Positions 10,617-18,820 of a stretch of DNA of 64,000 bases are shown here, piece by piece. The notes beneath the pieces were generated by a model, which was not told the DNA's origin, did no database searches, and saw nothing but the letters and a program-made list of their open reading frames with translations. Each line of letters begins with the position of its first letter. Position 1 is the stretch's first letter. Made by a program: the position numbers and the translations under genes. Source of the stretch: Promethearchaeota archaeon (GTDB lineage: Archaea > Asgardarchaeota > Lokiarchaeia > Sigyniarchaeales > SOKP01); NCBI GenBank assembly GCA_048941265.1, contig JBHLNT010000001.1:46540-110539 (forward strand). The letters are read 5' to 3'.

Positions 10617-11801
10617 ATGTTAATTTCCTTTCCAAATATGGGCCCAAACTGGGTAGCATTCAAATCTTTATTCGAGTCTTTGGATTTAGATGTCATCGTA
10701 CCTGACCCCACAAACCGAGAAGCGATTAAAGTAGGTGTTAAATATAGCCCAGAATTCGTATGTTTCCCATTTAAGGCCACCCTCGGAGATTTTAAAAATG
10801 CATTGGATAAAGGTGCTGATACTCTCGTGATGGCAATTGATTGCGGACCATGTCGCTTTGGCTTCTATGCTTCTGTTCAAGAGAGACTTTTGAGGGATAT
10901 GGGTTATGATGATTTTACATTAATTCCCTTAGATCAAGCAGACTTACTCAATTTTAAATGGGTAAAAGCTCTTGAAGAAATTTCAGGAATGCAAGGTTTA
11001 GTTAAATATCCTAAATTTGTAAAGGCTGTCATCATATTTTTAAAAAAAGCTAAATTGTTAGATGATATTCAGACTGCAGAAGGTCTTTTCAGGGCTTATG
11101 AACGGAATCAAGGAGATACTACTCGTACTGTAAAAAATTTATTAAATTATCTTGATCAAACCAATTCCATTTCTGAATTACGTAAATTTCGAAAGGTAAT
11201 TTTAGATTTATTTAGTCGGATTGATATTGATAAAAATATTAGTCCTTTGAGAGTAGGGCTTTCAGGTGAGATTCATATAAGTTTAGAACCATATGTTAAT
11301 CTAGATATTCGGAGAAAATTGGGTGAAATGGCGGTTGAGATCCATCAATCTCTAAGTCTATATGATTGGGTAGTCCATAAATTTCACTTAAATTATCACA
11401 GAAAATGGCTTGAACATCTTGCCCGACCGCATGTACCGATGGATATAGGCGGAGAATGTGTCTGGGTATTAGGAGAATATATAGATAAAGGCAAGGCATC
11501 CTTCGATGGCTTCGTTCATGAATATCCGTTTACGTGCATGCCGGAAGTTGTAGCCCGGACGATTATTACTAATAAGCTTAAGAAAATATATGATTTACCG
11601 GTATTATTTTTCTCCTTCGATGAACAGAGTGGTCTTGAGGGATTTCGTACCCGTCTTGAAGCGTTTTGCGACCTCATGCATTCCCGACGTGATCAAGAAA
11701 TAAAAAATAATCCCGAATTTTCGGCAATAGGAAAGAAGATTTATCCACATTTTGGAAATCATTTTTATGATGAATGTTATCAAATAATTAAAGCTTCATA
11801 G
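10617..11801 (+). CDS. 2-hydroxyacyl-CoA dehydratase-family Fe-S subunit (PlsR-like)
   Basis: CFPFKATLG, GPCRFG, PFTCMPE, DEQ motifs; GGAGG SD upstream. Confidence 0.8.
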   Translation: MLISFPNMGPNWVAFKSLFESLDLDVIVPDPTNREAIKVGVKYSPEFVCFPFKATLGDFKNALDKGADTLVMAIDCGPCRFGFYASVQERLLRDMGYDDFTLIPLDQADLLNFKWVKALEEISGMQGLVKYPKFVKAVIIFLKKAKLLDDIQTAEGLFRAYERNQGDTTRTVKNLLNYLDQTNSISELRKFRKVILDLFSRIDIDKNISPLRVGLSGEIHISLEPYVNLDIRRKLGEMAVEIHQSLSLYDWVVHKFHLNYHRKWLEHLARPHVPMDIGGECVWVLGEYIDKGKASFDGFVHEYPFTCMPEVVARTIITNKLKKIYDLPVLFFSFDEQSGLEGFRTRLEAFCDLMHSRRDQEIKNNPEFSAIGKKIYPHFGNHFYDECYQIIKAS

Positions 11802-11815
11802 AGGATATATGGAAG

Positions 11816-12838
11816 ATGGTACAAGTTTCAGATAAAATTATTAAAGACGATGGTAAAAAAGACGCATTTTTAGGTATAGATGTAGGGTCAGTATCCCTTA
11901 AATTCGTGTTAATGGATAGAGATGGTAATGTGCTTACTTCAGTTTTTCTCAGAAATCGTGGTTCTCCTATTGATTCCGTTAAAGATGGAATGTCAAAATT
12001 GAGGGAGCAAATAGAAGCAGATGATAATTTACAAGGATATGCAATTCGTGCATGTGGAACTACTGGATCTGCGAGATATTTAACTAAAGCGGTTGTAGGA
12101 GGCGACATTGCAAAAACAGAGATCATTGCCCACGCAGTAGGGGCTCAATCAGAATATCCGGATGTACGCACAATTTTAGAGATTGGAGGGCAAGATTCTA
12201 AAATAATTATTCTTCGTGATGGAATCATAGTGGATTTTGCTATGAATTCTGTTTGTGCCGCAGGTACCGGCTCATTCCTTGACCACCAAGCGTCGAGATT
12301 AGATCTACCCATCGAAGAATTTGGTGATTGGGCGGTAAAATCGAAAAATCCTTTATCAATCGCGGGCAGGTGTACTGTTTTTGCCGAATCAGATATGATT
12401 CATAAGCAAAACGCAGGGTATTCTCGAGAAGATATTATTGCGGGATTATGTGATTCATTAGTACGAAATTATCTAAATAATTTAGCTAAAGGAAAAGAAT
12501 TAGAAGAACCCGTTGTCTTTCAAGGGGGAGTATCCTTTAATAAGGGTATTGTTCAAGCCTTTGAAAGACATTTAAACTGCAAAGTTGTAGTCCCAAAATA
12601 TAATGTACTGATGGGAGCTCTTGGAATGGCAATTCTTGTTAGAGACCATTTCTTGCGTAATGAGACTGAAACTGCTTTTAGAGGGCTTGAAGTAGCAGAA
12701 ATTAAATTTGTAACCTCTGCTTTTAATTGTGGGGATTGTCCCAATAATTGTGAAATTATCCAGGTAAAAATGCCCGAATTGGGCAATGAAGTAATAGCCC
12801 GCTGGGGCAGCAGATGTGGAAAATGGGAGGTGTTTTAA
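11816..12838 (+). CDS. acyl-CoA dehydratase activase (HgdC/BadFG/BcrAD ASKHA ATPase with 4Fe-4S)
   Basis: GIDVGSVS, GTTGS, EIGGQDSK, MNSVCAAGTGSFLD, AGRCTVFAESD, FQGGV, C-terminal CGDCPNNC. Confidence 0.92.
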   Translation: MVQVSDKIIKDDGKKDAFLGIDVGSVSLKFVLMDRDGNVLTSVFLRNRGSPIDSVKDGMSKLREQIEADDNLQGYAIRACGTTGSARYLTKAVVGGDIAKTEIIAHAVGAQSEYPDVRTILEIGGQDSKIIILRDGIIVDFAMNSVCAAGTGSFLDHQASRLDLPIEEFGDWAVKSKNPLSIAGRCTVFAESDMIHKQNAGYSREDIIAGLCDSLVRNYLNNLAKGKELEEPVVFQGGVSFNKGIVQAFERHLNCKVVVPKYNVLMGALGMAILVRDHFLRNETETAFRGLEVAEIKFVTSAFNCGDCPNNCEIIQVKMPELGNEVIARWGSRCGKWEVF

Positions 12839-13047
12839 AAACGTCCAAACTTTTAAAAGATTTTTTAGAATTAGGAAAAGAGTTAGGAAAGGAAATTTTT
12901 GAGACGGCTAGCCATAGGGCTAAGCTTTCAACAATTTTTGATTTATTTACAGAAAAAGTTATACCCTCTTTCGTTTCCGAAAAGGAACTGAAAGAATATT
13001 ATGAAAAAAGAATGGAAGAAGTAAATGATTTTATTATTAAATTATAA
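12814..13047 (+). CDS. small hypothetical protein in the lipid operon (start uncertain)
   Basis: Fills the gap between activase and next gene on the same strand; amphipathic helical composition. Confidence 0.55.
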   Translation: MWKMGGVLKTSKLLKDFLELGKELGKEIFETASHRAKLSTIFDLFTEKVIPSFVSEKELKEYYEKRMEEVNDFIIKL

Positions 13048-13062
13048 GAGGAGGAAAAAAAT

Positions 13063-13752
13063 ATGGCTCAAAATGTAGCAATATCGGAAGAAGAAAAACC
13101 AAAATTAAATAAAAAACAATTACAGGAGGATGCTTTATACGGTCTAGCTAAAGCAGTAGGAGGTGCCGTATTAAAGAATTTTGCGGGGTTAAAACTCGAA
13201 GGGGAAGAAAATATCCCTTATAGAGGAAGAGCAATCTTAACAACTATAAGTAAAAATGTAATACGTGATATGCTAATTTTATCACAATTGACAGGCAGAA
13301 AAATCCATTTCATGCTACCAGCGAAATTGATGAAACATCAAGTTGCGGGTCCAATATTTAAATCTCTTGGGATGATTCGAGGTACAGAGAGTAAAGATGA
13401 TACTGAACCGATTGATAAAGTATTCGAAATCATAAATGAAAAAGGGGATTTAGTTGCTATGACCCCGGAAGCAAAATATGATCGAGATATACAAGTCAAA
13501 TCCGTGGCAGGTATAATTAAATTCGCTGTAGCTGCTAATGCTCCAATAATTCCAATCGCAGTGACTAAAGAAAAGGCAAAATTATTTAATTTGATAACTA
13601 TCGATGGTATAAAGGTAAAGGTTGGTAAGCCTATTCCTGTTTCAAAGAATTTAAGTCGAGAAAAATACCGCGATCAGAGATATGAATTAGCTGAGGACAT
13701 AGTGAACATTATCGATTCTCTAAAATATACGCCAGAACAAGATGAGGACTAA
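13063..13752 (+). CDS. PlsC/LPLAT-fold protein lacking the catalytic His (possibly inactive)
   Basis: EGEENIP, IHFM, TPE, APIIPIAV, VKVGKPI present; HX4D replaced by SKNVIRD; GAGGAGG SD. Confidence 0.75.
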   Translation: MAQNVAISEEEKPKLNKKQLQEDALYGLAKAVGGAVLKNFAGLKLEGEENIPYRGRAILTTISKNVIRDMLILSQLTGRKIHFMLPAKLMKHQVAGPIFKSLGMIRGTESKDDTEPIDKVFEIINEKGDLVAMTPEAKYDRDIQVKSVAGIIKFAVAANAPIIPIAVTKEKAKLFNLITIDGIKVKVGKPIPVSKNLSREKYRDQRYELAEDIVNIIDSLKYTPEQDED

Positions 13753-13785
13753 TAATTAGAAAATTAGATAAAAAATAAAAAAGGA

Positions 13786-14061
13786 GTGAAAAAAGATATG
13801 GAAAATCAAGATAATCCAAATATAGAAAAAGCTAAAATTGATTTACCGGAATATACCAAAAAATTAGAAGAAAAGGCAAAAGAGGCTCTAAACCCGGATA
13901 AGATGAAAGAGATGATTTCAGATTTGAAAGTAGACAATGTTGTAGGGGACCTTTTCTATGAATCTGTAAAGCTATTCTTTGATATTGGATTCGATCTTGC
14001 TGATAAGCTAAATCTTGATTTAATTCAAGATTTTATCAAAAAAGATAATGAGAAAAAATAA
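13786..14061 (+). CDS. small acidic/amphipathic hypothetical protein
   Basis: Last ORF of the + strand run, followed by T-tracts. Confidence 0.65.
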   Translation: MKKDMENQDNPNIEKAKIDLPEYTKKLEEKAKEALNPDKMKEMISDLKVDNVVGDLFYESVKLFFDIGFDLADKLNLDLIQDFIKKDNEKK

Positions 14062-14195
14062 ATAAAAAATTTTTTTGGTATTATTTTTTTATCTTAAACT
14101 GGACCTTTAGGTTTTTTTTTTGTTAGATTTTGGGATATTAACGAAAAAAGGAAACAAATGAGAATAATAAATTTATTAAATTTAAAAAAGAGGCT

Positions 14196-14684
14196 TTAAT
14201 ACCTTGTTCTTGTTGACTGAATTCGAAGTTTGGCTTTAGTTTTCTCATCCTTGTCCTGTAAAATAATGTAACTCGTTTTTTGGGGTAGTTTTATTTCAAT
14301 TTTCTGTTCGGCGATTGTTTGGTCTTTCTTCAAATGGTCTTGTTCTCTTAAAATAAGATTTAAATTAACAACTAGCGGTTTTCCTTTTCTAACTGTTTTA
14401 AATTCACTCCAAATCGTCATGTCTGCTCGACTTGTGAATTCTTGATTTCTCTGTAATTTAATTACCCCCTTATGAGGGAATCGAGATTTTAGCATTTTAT
14501 CACCATCAATCCGTAGATAAAACTCTCCTACTCTGCCAAGAGAATCATAATCTTTAAGAGTTTTCAGAGACATAAGATCTACACTTATCTGGAATCTTTC
14601 TTTTTCTTTTCCGACATTATCTTGGGTAAATGTTTCTCCTTTTGCATGAGTTTTTTTCCCTTTCACATAAACTCTTCTTGCCAT
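14196..14684 (-). CDS. C2-domain-like beta-sandwich protein
   Basis: LKDYDSLGRVGEFYLRI and LILREQDHLKKDQTIAEQKIEI resemble the two C2 loop signatures. Confidence 0.55.
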   Translation of the reverse strand: MARRVYVKGKKTHAKGETFTQDNVGKEKERFQISVDLMSLKTLKDYDSLGRVGEFYLRIDGDKMLKSRFPHKGVIKLQRNQEFTSRADMTIWSEFKTVRKGKPLVVNLNLILREQDHLKKDQTIAEQKIEIKLPQKTSYIILQDKDEKTKAKLRIQSTRTRY

Positions 14685-14828
14685 AAAATATCACTTTATA
14701 TATTTAATTGTAAAATGACTGAAAGCAAAAATTTTTTTGATTTTGTAGACATAATCTAAATTTTTCTATAAAAATCTTTCTCATACAAAATATTTAGCAA
14801 TTTTGTTAAATAATGTTAATATGATGAA

Positions 14829-15596
14829 TTACCCAATATTTGATTTATCTTTAAAGTGGTATAGTATTGCAAGGTTATTCCATGCGATTTCATATTTCGA
14901 ATCAATTTTTAAGGCTTGTTTAAATGCAGATATTGCTTTTTCAGCTTCATCTATATTTTTATATGCTATACCAAGTTTATTCCAAACAGTCTTATTGTTC
15001 GGATTAATATTTAACGAGCGTTTGAAGAATTTTATAGCATTTAGAAAGTCATTTTTATTGAAATAATAGATACCTATTTTCTTCCATATTTTTCCGTTAA
15101 TAGTATTTATATTAAATTCCTGCTTTCCCGGATTTAATGCCTCATATAATTTGTTTATACGTTTAAGATCTAAGCCATAATAATTCCATTCATTAAATAA
15201 TTCGGATTTAATTATCATAGCGTGTTCATGAGCCTTGCTTGCTTTATAAAAATCTCCTATTTTAGTATAAACCTCACTGAGATTTGCCCATCCACTCTTG
15301 TTATTGGGATCTATCTCAAATATCCTTTTAAAAACCTCAATCGCCTTATTGTAATCATGATTATCAAGATAAACCTCCCCTAAAGCATTGAGAATTTTCA
15401 TGTTTTTGGGATCAATTTGTAATAAATATTTGAAAATCTCAATGGATTTTTCAAACATTTTCGCGTATTTATACGCTAATCCAAGGTTAAACCAGATTGG
15501 CAAATTTTTTGTGCCCATTTTTAATGCATTACTAATAACACTAAGTTTAATTTCTGGGTTTTTCTTGTTTTTCTCAGATTTAATTTCAATGGACAT
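14829..15596 (-). CDS. tetratricopeptide-repeat protein
   Basis: Repeated W.NLG..Y....A...F..AL.IDP 34-aa units. Confidence 0.9.
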   Translation of the reverse strand: MSIEIKSEKNKKNPEIKLSVISNALKMGTKNLPIWFNLGLAYKYAKMFEKSIEIFKYLLQIDPKNMKILNALGEVYLDNHDYNKAIEVFKRIFEIDPNNKSGWANLSEVYTKIGDFYKASKAHEHAMIIKSELFNEWNYYGLDLKRINKLYEALNPGKQEFNINTINGKIWKKIGIYYFNKNDFLNAIKFFKRSLNINPNNKTVWNKLGIAYKNIDEAEKAISAFKQALKIDSKYEIAWNNLAILYHFKDKSNIG

Positions 15597-15746
15597 CTCT
15601 TACCAATTTTAAAAGATTTTCGAGTTTTTGATATTTTTTTAGATTTAACTATTTAAAGACGCATTATTTTGATTAAAAATCAGAAAGATAAATAAGAACC
15701 ATTCGCAGTTTGACTTTTATATGATAAAACAAAGAACCGTTAAATC

Positions 15747-16709
15747 TTATTTATAATTTATGATAACTACACCTATTAGCACGATTATTGCCCCGATAAT
15801 ATTCAATAGGAGTATGGTCTCCGTTCTTTGAAATAGAAAGGAAAATATTAGTGTAATAAATGGCTCTATATATAAAAATGATGCGACCTTTGATGATTGA
15901 AGCTTTTTTTGGGAGTAATTCCAGGTATAATATCCAAATACAAAGCAAATTAATCCTAAATAAATTCCGCATAGTAAAAGTATAATATTTAGGAAATTAA
16001 TAAGAAAAATATAAAGCTGATTGCTTATTACAACAAAAATGAACAGCTCTAAGCAACCCAAATAGCAAATATATTTTAATATTTTAAAATCTGATTGAAT
16101 ATCATGAAATTTTTCTAAGTGCTTAATAATGGTTGAATAAGTTGCCCACAATATAGGTGTAAGTAAAATGAATACATATCCAATAAATGATGGTGATGCA
16201 GGGGTAAATTTTGATATATCACCTCCCGTAATTAAGAAATATGAGCCTACTGAGGCCAATAGAAAACCAACAATTTTTAATTTGTTTAATTTTTCTTGAA
16301 AAAAAATTAGTGAAAATACCGCAATTATTACTGGTGAAACAAGGCAATCATATAATGCGGGAATTGAAGGTCCGATTAACTCAACGGCAGAATATAAAAA
16401 AAAGAGATAAAGTGAGATTCCTGAAAAACTCGCTAATACAATTAAAATCCAAAAATTTAACGATGGCATAGAGTCTATTTCCTGAACTTGAATTTGGGGT
16501 ATCTTGCATTTTTTTCTCAATTTAAGATAGATATCTAAAATTAAGAATGATAACGAGGCTACAAATAAACGATATAATGCTACTGATAATGGCGGGATGT
16601 ATTCAACTGCTATATGAACTATTATAAATGAGATACCCCAAAAGGTAATCATAAGAATTAATAAAACATAAACGAATATAACCTTAAAATTAAAAGAATT
16701 AGGATTCAT
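15747..16709 (-). CDS. DMT/EamA family transporter
   Basis: FWG.SF, two EamA repeats, SFLYIEP. Confidence 0.9.
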   Translation of the reverse strand: MNPNSFNFKVIFVYVLLILMITFWGISFIIVHIAVEYIPPLSVALYRLFVASLSFLILDIYLKLRKKCKIPQIQVQEIDSMPSLNFWILIVLASFSGISLYLFFLYSAVELIGPSIPALYDCLVSPVIIAVFSLIFFQEKLNKLKIVGFLLASVGSYFLITGGDISKFTPASPSFIGYVFILLTPILWATYSTIIKHLEKFHDIQSDFKILKYICYLGCLELFIFVVISNQLYIFLINFLNIILLLCGIYLGLICFVFGYYTWNYSQKKLQSSKVASFLYIEPFITLIFSFLFQRTETILLLNIIGAIIVLIGVVIINYK

Positions 16710-17634
16710 AATTAATAATTACTACCGCGATTAAAACGATTATACCTCCTATTATGTTCCAAACTACAATGACTTCACTTCTTTGAAGTATAAAGGAGAA
16801 GAATAGAGTTAAGAATGGTTCAACATAGAGAAATGAAGCTACCTTAGCGGATTTTAAGTTTTTTTGCGAATATTGCCAAATATAATAACCAATAACATAG
16901 CATCCTACACCTAAATAAAGTGCACATAACAAAATCAAAATATTAAAGAAATTTGAAATAAAAATGTATAATTCTCCATTAATTATGACTAATATAAATA
17001 ACTCAATGGTGCCAAGATAAGCAGTATATTTTAATAATTTAATGTTAGATTTTTTTCTCGTAATTTTTTTTGTAACTGTGGCATATACAGCCCACAATAA
17101 TGGAGTTGAAAGAGCCAAAATATAGCCTATGAAGTTAGGAGATTGCGGAGTGAGATTTTCAATATTTCCCCCCGTAACCAAGAAAAAACCGCCAATTGAG
17201 GCAATAATAAAACCAGCTATTTTAAGACTAGTTAATTTTTCATTAAAAAAAATTAAAGCTAATAAAGTAATAATAACCGGAGCTAACAAACACACAAATA
17301 AGGCTGGTAATGAGGGGCCAATCAAACTTATTGCAGTGTATTGAGCAAAAAAGAAGAGAGAAATACCAGCAAAGCTAGCTATTACAATTAAAGTCCAATC
17401 ATTTTCATTGAATTTGACATTATCCTCTTTTTGTTGTTTATTATTTACTCCTTTTTTTTTATTAATTTTTAAGTAAATATCAATGATTAAAAACGATAAT
17501 GATGCTACTATGAAGCGGTATAGTGCTATTGATAATGGAGGAATGTAATCTAAAGCAATATCCGCGAGGATAAAAGAAAAACCCCAGATAACAATCATTA
17601 AAAGTAGTAGAATATAAATCAATAACATCGTCAA
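16699..17634 (-). CDS. DMT/EamA family transporter (tandem paralog)
   Basis: IWGFSF, SFLYVEP; closely similar to the downstream neighbour. Confidence 0.9.
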   Translation of the reverse strand: MTMLLIYILLLLMIVIWGFSFILADIALDYIPPLSIALYRFIVASLSFLIIDIYLKINKKKGVNNKQQKEDNVKFNENDWTLIVIASFAGISLFFFAQYTAISLIGPSLPALFVCLLAPVIITLLALIFFNEKLTSLKIAGFIIASIGGFFLVTGGNIENLTPQSPNFIGYILALSTPLLWAVYATVTKKITRKKSNIKLLKYTAYLGTIELFILVIINGELYIFISNFFNILILLCALYLGVGCYVIGYYIWQYSQKNLKSAKVASFLYVEPFLTLFFSFILQRSEVIVVWNIIGGIIVLIAVVIINYES

Positions 17635-17720
17635 TCTTAGAAATTTTTATTAATAGTACATTAATCCAATAAATCAAAATTTAAAATTTAAATGGTTTAA
17701 TTGTTAATAATAAATTAAAT

Positions 17721-18368
17721 TTGTTAATTATATTATCGGAAAGAAATTCGTTGAAAAAGATTGCTTTTTCCTTGAATGTTGGACTCATAGGTTCAAATAA
17801 ATATGCAAATGTATTTGGAAAAAAAGTATTTATAGAATCTTTGAAAAAAATTACTATTAAGAGCAAACTGCCAAATGATTCTAAAATTACAAAAGTGGGT
17901 CCCGAATTATTAATTATCTTTAAAGAGATTCCGATAAAATTGAGAGTATTTTTTGCCGAAAATTTTAATGATTTCATTTATGATTATGAAAAAATAAAAA
18001 ATTTTGATGTAATCATTCTTTTAATAAATATGCGTGATTCAAGCTCGCTTAACTCATTAGATAAAGATTCATTTGAAGAATTTAAAGATTATTTCTCCTT
18101 TAAGAATGGGATATCTATTTTAGCTGGAATGAATTTTACAGAAGATAGTAATACCGAAAAAATCCGCATAAATCGTGATCAACTAATCGAAAAAGCTAAA
18201 GAACTAGATGTAATATATGGATATGAAATAACTGCTGATAAGGAAGAGAATTTTAAATTTTTTAATCGAATTTTAAGTGATTTCATTTTTAAATTTCAAT
18301 ATTCCTCCCCGGAATTATTTGATTTGGCAAAATTATATGGTAAAGAACTTATAGAAAAATCCATGTAA
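17721..18368 (+). CDS. degenerate Ras/Rab-like small GTPase-fold protein (start possibly TTG 17751)
   Basis: NVGLIG, IKLRVF, DVIILLINMRDSSSLNSL, ILAGMN, YEITA follow Ras strand order; G1/G3/G4 residues missing. Confidence 0.55.
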   Translation: MLIILSERNSLKKIAFSLNVGLIGSNKYANVFGKKVFIESLKKITIKSKLPNDSKITKVGPELLIIFKEIPIKLRVFFAENFNDFIYDYEKIKNFDVIILLINMRDSSSLNSLDKDSFEEFKDYFSFKNGISILAGMNFTEDSNTEKIRINRDQLIEKAKELDVIYGYEITADKEENFKFFNRILSDFIFKFQYSSPELFDLAKLYGKELIEKSM

Positions 18369-18530
18369 AAAAAAAAAGAATTTCTTTTTATCATTTTCAA
18401 ACAAAGCTTCAAATTTAAAATGAATTTTAAAAAGTGTATTTTATAAAAGATTTTAAATCCTAAAATCAATTAATACATAAATAGTAAAAAAATAAAATGT
18501 ATAAAAAAGTTAGGAGTCTGATATTTTAAA

Positions 18531-18725
18531 ATGAGTGAAGAACCAGAAGGTATCTTGGAGATTGAGAAGACTGAGGGGAGGCGTCGTTGCCCCCGCTGTA
18601 ATAACGAAAATAAGCTAATGATTCATGAATCCATTGATAAGGAAAATATCGTTATGGATTATCCGCGTGTTTACGGAAAGAAATTCAAATGCGGACAATG
18701 CGGACAAGAATGGCGTGAAAAATAA
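18531..18725 (+). CDS. small zinc-ribbon protein
   Basis: CPRC...CGQC; AGGAG upstream. Confidence 0.75.
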   Translation: MSEEPEGILEIEKTEGRRRCPRCNNENKLMIHESIDKENIVMDYPRVYGKKFKCGQCGQEWREK

Positions 18726-18820
18726 AATATGAATAGTCTTTAAAAAATTCCTTTTTTTACCTTACTTTTTTTAATCCATTCCACACTTGAGTTTGTAAAT
18801 ATTTAAAACAAGTGTTAACT

